This document shows positions 46,528 through 57,823 of a DNA stretch of 64,000 nt, piece by piece. Numbering within the stretch: the stretch's first letter is position 1; each line of letters starts with the position of its first letter. Source of the DNA: Folioceros fuciformis (lineage: Eukaryota); the NCBI GenBank assembly GCA_049999805.1, contig JBNGIO010006379.1, positions 997,971-1,061,970 of the forward strand, given 5' to 3'. The position numbers and the translations under genes were made by a program. The notes under the pieces are model-generated. The model saw only the letters and a program-made list of their open reading frames with translations, had not been told where the DNA came from and searched no databases.

Positions 46528-48871
46528 TCAGGCGATGGGAACTGGAGGTGGCGCATCATGCGCGAGGGGCAGATTATTACGGGACATCTGATTGCTTGGT
46601 CCTCTTCGCACTGGCTTCGGTCCCATGTTCCCTGCTTGGCCCTCGCTCTTGCGGTAGTTATCGCCTGTAGCATTTGCACCGAAGTTGTTGCCGAGGTTGG
46701 GGCCCGACCCTCCACTATAACCGCCACGCCCCTGACCACCGCGGCCTCGATAATAAGTCTCACCGCGATCCTGCTGGCCACCACGTCCTCCTCCCATACC
46801 TCGACCACCACCAACTCCCAGACCGCGACCACGCATGCTGTTCTCAGGGCGGTATGGCCGATCTCCCCTTCCAGCTGGCGGACGACCCCTACCGGCACTA
46901 CCACCTGCAACAACAAAACTGAAGTCAAGATGTATTCTTCAATCAAATCTTAAGTCAGCACAGCACATGATCGTCATCGAACACTACCTCGCAGCATGAG
47001 AGGCCTTTTCTCCTCGATGTACACGTGACGGCCGCCCAGAGACGTGGATCCAGCCTGCATTCACGGGATAAGATACAAATGAGATGCAACAGGAGAAGAG
47101 GCAATACGATAAAGGAAGTGAAGATGGCCACCCAGCAAGTACCTCTATTGCACGATGTGCAGCCGACGCATCGTCAAACTCTATGAACGCGTAACACACA
47201 CCCTGTTGCTGTTGAGAGAAACGGAGGAAAGCATCAAGGTGAGACTCAAAACTCGTTAAGACCAATTAGTTACGCAACCTGTAACTAGACAGCAGATCTT
47301 AAACCTTTTGGCTCTTCACATTCACACCACCAGGTTTTACTGGTCCAAATCTGGAGAACTCCTCCTCTAGCTGTTGCGCTGTCACATGCAAAGGCAAATT
47401 CTTGACATAAACTGATCTTCCGTCAGCTGCAAGAAAAGTAAAGCAATGAGTCCACAGCATTTTCAAAACCGGATGGGAACTAAATTAACCAGAGCATTGA
47501 AGAACCGTACCCTCATTTTCAACAATGATAGTCTCTTCCGATGCATCCTGCGACTGTGCAGGAGGAGAACGTGGAGCAGCAACTGGCTGCACATTTACAG
47601 CAGCAGGTCGATCAGGTGCAGGTGAGACCTTGGGAGCTGGATTATAGTGTGGAGCTGGCAACTGCGCTCCTCCGCCCTCTTTCATCAACCGAAGCTACCA
47701 TACGACAAGCAAGACAGCATGAGAAATGCGGATCATGAACCAAAAAGAGTCCTACCTTCATGTCACTCTAGAAGATGTGTTGTACCATGGATACTTACAA
47801 TAGATGCATAAGACTTCTTCGGAATTTCTCCGGGAGTAGATTCCTCGGTAGATGGCTGTACAGAGGGAGGCTCAATGATGGGCGATATTGCCTCGTCCAT
47901 CACAGGTACTGTAGCTTCACCGCGAACAAGGACTGCGTCTTCAGAAATTCCGTCATCTTCGGGTTCAGATAACTCAACACGGTCAGGAAGCTCGTATCCT
48001 TCCTCCACCACAGCTTCATCATCCGAGGCACGTGGAGACGATAACTCCCTCACTTCATGCTCAGCAGGCAGTGCAGGTTCCAGAACTGAAGAACAACAAC
48101 CAACACAAAGCGTCACAACAGGATAACGTGAAGGAACAAAGGAAACTTTTCTCTGTAAAACCCTAACTCCTGCTCGAGAGGAAGTACTCATTCTTACCCG
48201 CCTCTTGCGGAGTAAGCACTTGGGGGGGCTCTGGGATGCCATTTGATAATGGAGCAGCAGGTGGTCCCTGCTGGGGAGCTTCATCCAGATACCGAAACAT
48301 ATCATTCAGTACAAAGTAGCCCTTCTCTTGTGGAGCCAAGAAGAAGGTCTGGACAAAATTCCGCTTCCCAGAGGTCTTGCTAGACAGAGATCCCGTCACC
48401 ATAACAATAACTCCACCTTGATGGGAGTCCTGGGAGTCCACAGTCTTAATCTCTGCTTTAGATTCCGTGTAGTCAAGCAGCATAACTTTATTGTGAATCT
48501 CCTGCGAAAACATGTCCACGACTAAGACACAACCGACTCAAACACGAAAAGACCTTCACAGCACACCGCGCAAAGACGGCAGCTTACCGGCTGGCTCTCC
48601 ACCGTGTCAACGGCTCCACCGGCCCCAGCTTCAGCACGCGTTAGCTTACTGGCATTGGTGTAGAAACGATGCACAACTTGGGGGGACTGATGCAGCACAT
48701 GATAATACTGATTGACGAATGCATTCCCCACCTACAATCGGCATATTGCACTCACATTAGTACTGGTCCAGCTGCCCAATCACATCGAAGGACGAGCCGA
48801 GGGGGGAAGAAAAAAAATACCACGCTTGCAGAAGCCGTGATAGAAGCCGCTCCGCTTCCAGGCCCCGCCAT
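46528..48871 (-). CDS. G3BP: G3BP-like protein (NTF2 domain, acidic region, RRM, RGG tail), multi-exon
   Basis: MAGPGSGAASITASASV|VGNAFVNQYYHVLHQSP..HRFY, VDSQDSHQGGVIVMVTG..FVQTFFLAPQEKGYFVLNDMFRY, PKKSYASI, RRM (SVYVKNLP..EEFSRFGPVKPGGV..CYAFIEF) and RGG-rich C-terminus. Stop at 46528-46530. Confidence 0.95.
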
Positions 48872-49589
48872 GGACCTGTCAAACAACCAAACAGCGTTAC
48901 GACCAGAGGAAGGAAAAAAAAAAAATCCCTCACGCACACCTATATCTCCAGAAGTACTAATTAACGGCCGCTACAGCAGCCACGCCGCAAGAAGCAGCGG
49001 GCCAAAACCTAACAAGAGTATCCCCGCAGCAAGACGATGAGCCTGGAATCAGAAGCCAAGGAGACATGCCAACCGCTCCCTCGCATAACCCGCATCCCAT
49101 GGACCAGCACCAGGCGTGCATCCACCCCCGGCAAGCTCAGGAGGAGTAGGAAAAGCAGTAAGGGCTGAAGCGCCGGCACCGCACCTCTAGCTCCACCGGG
49201 GAGCCTGGCTTCCCTACGCCTCGACCCCCGGCCCGGCAGAAGGCGATCGGACAGCGCCTGCCCGAAAGATGACCGCACCCTAGCGGGCTACCGCAATCGG
49301 AGCCAATCTGGCTACCGCAAGGGGCGCAAGATCAGGGCATAAACCCTTGCTCCGCTCCTCTGTTCCCCAGCCAGGACCTGCAGTGCCGGCGCGATCGGCA
49401 CGGGGCAACGAGGCGCAAGGGCGAGGGCAATGGCGGTGAAGGGAGGGTGCCGCCGGCACGAAGAAGTGAAGGACGAAATACCTCCGGCTAACACTGCTCG
49501 CGCACACCTACGCGCTCGGCTTGTCCTCCTCGTACCACGACTAGCTGCCGGAGAGCAAGGGCAAACTCACCCACTTCTGACCAGGGTCA
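48845..49589 (-). promoter_or_regulatory. shared 5' module, copy 2 (upstream of and including the first 9 codons of the G3BP-like gene)
   Basis: Minus strand: TGACCCTGGTCA 49589-49578, TCGTGCCGGCGGC 49461-49449, AGGGTTTATGCCCTGATCTTGC 49347-49326, GTCATCTTT 49273-49265, CGATCGCCT 49249-49241, GGAGCTAG 49194-49187 and MAGPGSGAA 48871-48845. Confidence 0.85.
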
Positions 49590-50221
49590 TGTGCCGCACT
49601 TCGAGCCCAAGTACCTCTCGCCCTTTTTCCAAATGCTAGCTCCGAAGAGAGAGAGATTTTTTTCGCATCGAAACACCCTGTTGCAAATATTTTCCAGGCA
49701 CGGCGGGCCCTGCGTATGTAGGCTGTCCAAGCATGGTTGCTTGTTTGCGACAACTTGTAGAGAAATATCAAAATTTTTATTTGGGTGGGTTTATCCTCCA
49801 AGTAATGTTATTTATTTATTTATTTAGAACATAAGATAGAACATATTATTTAATTATTTAAACATAAGATAGAAAATTAATTTATCTCTATATAAAAAAG
49901 ATGAATATTTTTAAAATATAAGATAGGAAATTCATGTATCCCCACATAAAAGGTAAATCATGATTGGGACCTTAGTTAGGGCTAATCCTTGAAGCCTAAT
50001 GTCTACCAATAGCACCTAAAATATAATATAACGATATAAAGGAAGAAAAGGTCTACCTATGGTTGGGATGGAAGATTAGACATGCAAGTGCTCAGAATCA
50101 GGAAGTGCTCAGAATCAAGAAATGCTAAACCCTAAACCTTATATGGGAACTCATGTTTCTTATATAAATAAATAGAATATATGTATATTTCCTCACTTAT
50201 CTTAACAACTTAATCATGACT

Positions 50222-50456
50222 TACCCCTAATCATCAACAACAATAAACTTCTTACTTCTAAATCATCAAACTCAATAAACTACATCTTCAATATCTATCA
50301 CCTTTCGAATTGTTAACATACCCCTAATCATCAACAACAATAAACTTCTTACTTCTAAATCATCAAACTCAATAAGCTACATCTTCAATATCTATCTAAA
50401 TCATCAAACTCAATAAGCTACATCTTCAATATCTATCACCTTTCGAATTGTTAACA
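50222..50456. repeat. 97-bp tandem duplication with a nested ~39-bp duplication, AT-rich
   Basis: tacccctaatcatcaacaacaataaac... starts at 50222 and 50319. Confidence 0.85.
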
Positions 50457-51099
50457 CTTCTTCTACCAATGTCATTGCCTTTGTCTTGTATGTGGCATTA
50501 GCCAACTCTCATTATAAAACAATGTATCTTTGTTGAAAGGGTGTTACAACATAGGAAATAGAAAGACCAAGCACACTTTCCACTTTTCATGTTATGAACC
50601 TCTTTGGTGCAAGACTTCAAAAACTTGGAAAATATGCTTTGCTCACAACCCAATGGGTAGGATGGTATGTCTAGCCAAATGCTTTACACATGGCCCGTGG
50701 GTCCAAAGGTGTGTTTAACTGAGACCCATGTGGGGTCAGTAACATCAACAATAGAAACATGTTGATATCCTTGATGAGAAAAAGGTCTTCTCCGAAAAAA
50801 CACAGTTAAAAAACACAGTTAATTGCAGCGTATGAGTGCTCTCTCTAAACTGCAAAAAACCAACCTCTTTGGTCAACAAAAAATGTTAGTCTCAATATTT
50901 CTAGAATAGTCAATAAAAATTGCTATATTTTTATATATAGTTTAATATCATAAATTATCATTATTATATTATAATAAATAAAAATAACTATGATTTGAAC
51001 ATCATTCTATAATGGTTCTCACGTATTTACAAGAGTACCATGATCAAGAAGAAAACCCGACCTCGTGTCCAGACCTCATGATAGGACAAAGAAAACCCT

Positions 51100-52300
51100 C
51101 CTCATCACCTCGACACTATTAGACTGCTCAGACCATTCACCTACTAGGTCCATTTAGATTTAAACCTCATATTCACCCGAAGACCATGGGAGCTCACCTT
51201 CCCCAAGGGTAGGCGTGATTCCATTGTTCTTCATTCATAGGAAGCCCGGCAACTTCCACTCTCTTCACTTGAATTGTTTTCAATGGAATTGCCTTAGACT
51301 TTCTGCTGCAATCGATAAGTGCTCCCAAATGCGCCAGAGAAGAGCCTTAGATGAGGCCGGCACCGTTCCTCCATAGACCACGGAGGACTAGTTGACCCAA
51401 AGATGGAAAAGACAAGAAGACCACAGTAACCCCCACCATTGCGACTGAAGTAGAGCTTTGCCCGAGGTTGCATCCAACCCAAAAAGGGCACTTTGTTCAG
51501 TGATCCTGAGGTTGGTGCCGGGAAGAATTCTTTGCAACCACCTGCGCATCTCACTCCATATCTCCTGGGCAAAGCTGTTGTAGAAGAACAAGTGCTGACT
51601 TTTGTTTGGGGCACCATAGGTGCATAGTCGACACTGGTCTTCTCCCGTTGCAACCAACAACCCATCTCATCTATCCGCATTAGGCAAACAAGCTTGAAAA
51701 AGGCACCAAACTGTCATCCTAACCTTGGGAGGAATTCCATTTGACTTCCAAAGTAGCTTGATAGCTTCCCTTTGTCGCCGCACAGATAGCTGTTTGTCGC
51801 CGCACAGATAGCTGTAGTCGGGAGCCATTGGTTGCCGTTGTCTGATTTCTGCACTCACACCAGCCAGAGGAATATGTCGGCTGTTGGGAAGTTGAAGAAC
51901 GACCGAAGGCCGTCCGCCTTACACCCTGGACGCTTGGGCCATTTGTAGAGATCTGGCCTTAATGCCAACACCCAATTCTCCGCAAGCCGGAACCAACATC
52001 GGACAGCTGGTTTGTCCGAGGTTGGTTGTCCACTAGGGCCTTCGAGTTGAGTGAACCACTACCCTGCACGAGCAAACTTAGAGAGGGCCGTGCTGGCTCG
52101 GAGTTCCCCTCTTCGGACATCCCATCGTTCCTGCCCTGACTTTCCAAAAGCCCCTCCGGCGACATGACCTTGAATGTCCGCAAGTCCTCTTTGTTAGCCG
52201 TACCTGAAAGCCAGACAGCCCTATCCAATTCTAGGTCGTCCTCCTCAAAATCATCTAGATACCGCTTAGGAGCCTTAATTAGCGCATCTTGGCTCCACCG
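51100..52300 (-). mobile_element. decayed L1-like LINE 3' fragment (zf-RVT domain)
   Basis: LWKSNGIPPKVRMTVWCLFQACLPNADR*..CRLC..SQHLFF..FAQEIWSE matches the plant LINE zinc-binding C-terminus. In-frame stops and a 22-bp tandem duplication at 51771-51815. Boundaries approximate. Confidence 0.8.
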
Positions 52301-53308
52301 GTGGCTTTATAAGAGGTTGAGTTTATCTACACCACATTTTTTTAATTTTTTTTGTGGACAGCATCTTGCATGTCTTTGGCTTTGCCAAGCATTTTCTTTT
52401 GTTTGGTGAATAGAAGAGGAATAAGAAGAAAGAAGTAAAGTGCTAGTTTGGGTTGTAGGATGATGCTTAATCCGAGAGTTAGTAATATGCTTGTGTGGAT
52501 TTGGACTAATCCATTTGGAGACTAGGTCAGTAGTGTCTTCCGAGTTTGACATCCTCCACCGTCCGGTGGGCACTTGGTCCCACGCGAGGTGGTGCTGGGT
52601 CTCCTTCTTTCGTGAAAGCAATAAATAACATCTTTAGTTTTTTAATTAATGATATTCTGACTTGGAGGGTGCGAAGCTCATGTATAAAGGGGAGGAAGGG
52701 AGAGGTAGAGAGAGAGGGGGGTGGTGAGGGCGCACAGGACTGATAGATGGTGGAAGATGGTCATGGCTACACGGTGCTGTGATGGAGCCTGCCACCACCA
52801 ACCACCTGGACTAATTCATAATATATTCATTCACCCATCTTTCAACAACCTTGGCCTGCATGCCTGCCTTCCCTCCCTCCTTCCTTCCTTCCGTCCGTCC
52901 TCCCCTTCCTGGCTTCTTCCTCCTGGATTAGCCTGGTGGCCTACTGTACTTGGCCCTCTCTCTGACTGCCATCCGGTGGGTGGTCTCCGGAACGCCGGCT
53001 TCTCCTTTTCTCTGCCCACTCTTCCTGAGGATCTCTCCCTGCGAGGGGCTGTAGCAGGAGGAGCAATCGAGAAGGCGGGCGATTGCTGGCCTCCCCCCCC
53101 GGGTGTACGCCGCTCGCTTCGGAATTTCAGCGTGTTGAACGTCTCGTCCTTGTAATTGAAGCCCTCGAGCTGCGTGGGGTTGGCGCGCGGAGGCAGGGGA
53201 GTAGGGTGGCGTGGCGCGGCAAGGCAAGGCGCGGCGTGTGTGTGGCATGTGTGTGGCGTGGAGAGGAGAGGAGAGGGCGTGCTTGGGTGGTGCCGGTTTG
53301 GAGAGCAG

Positions 53309-55596
53309 ATGACATCGGCGGCTCAGTTTGTGGAAGGCGGAGTCCAGGATCCCTGTGAAGATGCATGCAGCATCTGCCTGGAGAGCTTCTGCGAGGATGA
53401 TCCCGCCACGGTGCGGTTCTCGCTCTTGGTGTCTCTTGTCTTGTTTTGTTCTGCTCTATGTACTTTTGTGGGCGGCTGGATGGTGGGCGATGTGGGGGGG
53501 TGCGCGGGGACTGGCCCGGCGGGAGGGGAATTGTGGGTTCGCACGGAATTCTCGGGAAATGTTTCTGCCTCGAGGGTTGATTGTCGTGCCGTGCATGTGG
53601 AGTTTATGTGTGGCGGAAACGCATAGATGTTTCGCGTGTCGCTTGATTTTCTGCAATTTTGAGGTTTCGAGAATGCAGCAATTCCTTGGCCTCCTTTGGT
53701 CTGCATGTCATGCTTTGCATGCTGGATGCTGAGCTGGTGTGTGTTGTTGTAACGGCAGGTCACCAATTGTAAGCATGAGTACCATCTGCAATGCATCCTG
53801 GAGTGGTAAAGATGCTCTTGCCCGGACTTTGTAGATTGGGGTCGAATATTTTCGACCGTCGTTGTTGTAGCTTTCCGCTTTGAACTCCTTGTCATAGCTT
53901 GCTTGAGTTGTTGCGAACGTTATCTGGTGCATGTGCTCTCCCGTGCAGGTCTCAGAGGAGCAAAGAGTGCCCTATGTGCTGGCAGCCTCTGACTTTGAAG
54001 GATCCGGACAGGTATGTTTCACTGCATTGGAGCAGGTCACAAGTTGTTGAATTTTGATGTTTCCCATCTATCTCTTGTTGTGCACTAATCTGGTGTTTGG
54101 ATGACTCATGCCAGTCAGGATCTACTGGCTGCGGTGGAGCAAGAAAGGGCCCTTCGTAGAAAGCGGTCTCAACAATCTGTTGTTTACCAGCGGCCTCAAT
54201 TGGAGGAATACGAGTTTCATCGAGTACGGATACCTTTCTGAATCCAATATTCGTCTTGAATGTTGTGGATTACTTCCTGGTGTTAATCGACGTTGGGTGC
54301 ACCCAGGGATGTCTTGCTAACCATTTTGCATTGCGCTTGACAGTTCTCATCGTACGGTGGTGATGATTCCGATTTCGAAGAACGGATCATGCAGCATTTG
54401 GCTGTAGCTGCAATGGGTAATGCAATGGGGAGAGCCCATCAGATGGCTAGATGGGACGTTCCACGATTTCGGCCATCAAGTGGTCAGGGCCATCAACATT
54501 TCCTCATTGTTCCTCATTCACCATCCGCACAGACTTCCAGCTCTAGTGTGTCTGGGAATGCTGCAAATACTTCTACTCAAGCACGTGGTACCCTCATTAT
54601 TGGTCAAAGTGAGCCCCCAGTTCATTCCTTGTCAGTTGGTGGCCAGACAAGCAGTCCAGTCGCCCGCCCAACTGTACCTGTAACCAATGACAGAGTGGTG
54701 GAGAACAACGACCCTTACACACCCAGGTAGGCGATTGATCCTCGAAGACGCGGATGTTAGAGGATGGTAGGTGGTCATGTGGTTCAATGACTTTCCTGTT
54801 GCTCGGAGGCTTCTTGTTCCCCTGCATTTCTAAACACGAGTGCTTTTCCCAGGTCAAGGCCTGTCGCGGGATCAGGTGAAGGTCAGCATGGAGCATCGGA
54901 ATCGCCTTCACTCTCTGAGACAATCAAGTCACGACTTGCAGCTGCCTCCTCGAGGTTGGTCTTGGGACTGCCTGTAGAGACTGCTTGTAGTGTCTTGAAA
55001 GCAATGTCATCTTAAAAATATCCAACGCTCTCATCTGCTGTTCAGGTATAGGGAATCGTTCACGAAGACCACCCGGGGGTTTAGGGAAAGGCTGCGATCC
55101 CGCAATGGTGCTATGGCAGATCTGGGTGCTCGAGCTCGTGAAGTCAGTGCTGGTGTCGCACGTGTGTTGGAGCGTATAACACTTGAACCTACTGATAAGC
55201 AAAGGGAAGGGGGCGAGGTTGCTGTGCACCCTGATGGAGGTGTGGAGCCTCCTGTGGGGATTAGTGCACAGCAGATAACGCCCCCACATGAATCACTCGG
55301 GCATGGTTGTGCAGCAAGTTCTACTAACTCTATTGGAGTGACTGTATTGGCTGGTAGTGTTGCTGCAAGTTCAAGCAGGGTGGCCCCACAGCCTCTGCAC
55401 GACGAAGGAAATAGCAGTTTGCCCGGTGCGAGGCTCAAGGTAATTGCTTGTGGTGAGCTTGTGTTGTGTATTCCGAGCACTTGGGCCGAAACTGTAGGAT
55501 GCCCTGGCCTCACGGGATGTTGTTTGATTGCAGACGCTTGATGGCAACAGTAGCACTGCACAGGAGGATACTCCTGTGGTGCCGTCGGTTGTATAG
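53309..55596 (+). CDS. RHF2A: RING-H2 E3 ubiquitin ligase, RHF2A/RHF1A-like, multi-exon
   Basis: MTSAAQFVEGGVQDPCEDACSICLESFCEDDPAT|VTNCKHEYHLQCILEW|SQRSKECPMCWQPL.LKDP, EERIMQHLAVAAMG and YRESFTKTTRGFRERL..AREVSAGVARVLERI. Last exon ends with TAG at 55594-55596. Confidence 0.92.
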
Positions 55597-56395
55597 AATG
55601 ATCACCTATCTACCCTTGATGGATGATTGGCTGTGGGAGTTTTCTCGGATGCAGCAGCTGCTAAGGTCTACCAAGTCACAGCCATGATGTCAAGAATACT
55701 ACTTTTCACGAATCGTTTTTGGCTGACCTGAAGATCCGATTCTGTACATTTTCTAGCTAAGTCCTCGTCCTACCTCCATATAGACATATCATCTCAGTGT
55801 GTATATTTGTTTGGCAGAGCGTGGTTGTTCTCGGAGCAGTCAGCACTTGCCTTAAAAGAGTTTACGCGGAGCAAAATCCTTCGTTGTGCGTCTTAGTGGG
55901 ATCAGGCTATGTAACTCCGGCTGGCTCCGAGTGTGGTAGGGGTTCTTCGTTGCTCATAGTTCTGATTTCCCTGATGCTCTACAAATTTTGTATCTGAACG
56001 ACTTTCAAACACTGCTCCCTAAATTTGAGCTATGCGTTTAGACCGGGCTGCCTACGTCCAACTTCGCCTGTCTGAATGTACAGACAGCTGCACAGGTCGG
56101 GGAAGTTTCCTTTCCTAGACGTTTCGTTTCTCCACGAATTTCGTCACTTGTAAACACATTGGCTGGTTAGTGGAACAGGAATCTTCGTGTGAGACATTAT
56201 TCTTCAGAGTGAAGTACATGGTTCTGTTGCCCGTTCATGCCCAAATCCCCATATGCGTGAAGGGAAGAAGGTACATCGGTGGTGACCTTACAAAGTAAAT
56301 TGCAGACCATCACTTTAACATATGAGTAGCCCTATGCGAGATTGTACACCTCAATACTGGTCCAGTATCCATGGATTTTTGTGTGTCAATGGTGC

Positions 56396-57000
56396 TCACC
56401 ATTTCTTCTTTAGGTTTTGGTGCAAGAGAGGGAATGTTGTTGCATCTATGAGATCAATACAACCTTTAAAACCTAGAGCATCAAATGTTACTTGGCATTT
56501 CTTCTTTAGGTTTTGGTGCAAGAGAGGGAATGTTGTTGCATCTATGAGATCAATGCAACCTTTAAAACCTAGAGCATCAAATGCTACTTGGCGTGGTGTG
56601 ACCTTGTTGTCTAAACTCTTCATAATTGAGTAAATTTTAAAATTAAATATATTTATACTTGCTCAAACGAAACCTAAACTAGTCAACATGGCCTTCAAGG
56701 ACAAAAAAGTCTTAAGAGAAACCCCTTTCTTTCTATATGTTGTTCATTCTAAGTATGTGACCCCTTACTTTGTTCATTCTAGTTATGAGACAAAAGAACC
56801 TAGGGCACATGTCATGCTGGAAAAAATGAGGTATATTAAGAACATTTGAAAGATTGCATCTTAGCTACCAAATGTCTTTCTTGTTTGGGGCAAGAGTAGA
56901 ATTACAGCAAACTTAAAGGGCAATGAATCATCAGCAAATGAATCTATATGGCAGGAAAAATCATCAACTTTACTTAACATGAGGTTAAGTGAAATCCTAC
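56396..57000 (-). mobile_element. PIF/Harbinger transposase remnant containing a 96-bp tandem duplication (56400-56592)
   Basis: Duplicated peptide GFKGCIDLIDATTFPL resembles the Harbinger DDE motif GF.GCIG.IDGT..PL. AT-rich with no intact ORF. Extent uncertain. Confidence 0.55.
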
Positions 57001-57340
57001 AACTTGGATATCTAGGACTTCAATGAGCATCAAGTCCTCTACTCTTTTGAAGCTTAAATCACGTACTTGGGCCACTACCTCCAAAAGTTCTTAGCAGTGG
57101 TTGAAATATATTAAAGATATTAATAGCAGGTATTTTTTAAATCCGAGAAATTATGCTTTTTAAGAATGTGTGATTTGAGTGAAAAACATTGAGAGTAGGA
57201 TTGCAATCTAGTGTGTTTGCCAAGTACATGTATAATAGCCTGTGCGTGCAACCATGAAATAAATATAAGGTCCTAACATAGTTTGTGACATGACCAGATT
57301 TTTGGTAGTAACATGTTCTTTGCATTACGCCTATATGTTT

Positions 57341-57415
57341 AAATGTGTCCATACCATACAAAGAGACATAAGACCGTTCAAATGTGTCCATACCATACGA
57401 AGAGACATAAGACCG
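57341..57415. repeat. 39-bp tandem duplication
   Basis: aaatgtgtccataccatac(a/g)aagagacataagaccg at 57341 and 57380. Confidence 0.85.
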
Positions 57416-57823
57416 CGAACGTTTCACCAAAGAACACATTAAACTGCGAACTCTCGCATGGTTGATAATTAGAAAATAAAATAATGAACAAAACAATGGA
57501 TACTGGTAGTCTACTTGGAGCCTCTTCATATCTGTCAGGACACGACCATCCCGAGGTATTCTGTACAAAAGCTTCGCCCCCTGCCCCCTGAATGGGGGGT
57601 ACATGCGGGTGCAAACTAGTTTCTGCAAGACCAAAGAATGTTCTCTTCAATGGCCCCAACAGCACGATGAGCAGTGTTTTGCCTCTGAAGATGCTTTTAC
57701 CAGTAACCAGGACAAATTTTGTTGTAAGTAACAAGAATTATTGGACTACAGAGTGTACTTCAATGACTTTGAAATCCGCGTAAGTACCTTCGTTAGGCTC
57801 TGAGAGGGCGAAGCAGCCAAACT

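Noticed and set aside
4431-48871. functional cluster of RNA-metabolism genes (capping enzyme, PPR-SMR, GIP1, G3BP)
   Set aside because: Beyond the GIP1/G3BP pair no shared sequence elements were seen; co-occurrence in a gene-dense window can be chance.
57137-57634. 165-aa minus-strand ORF after FGT1
   Set aside because: Lies in FGT1 3' flank and AT-rich repeat DNA, includes a 39-bp duplication, and has no domain.
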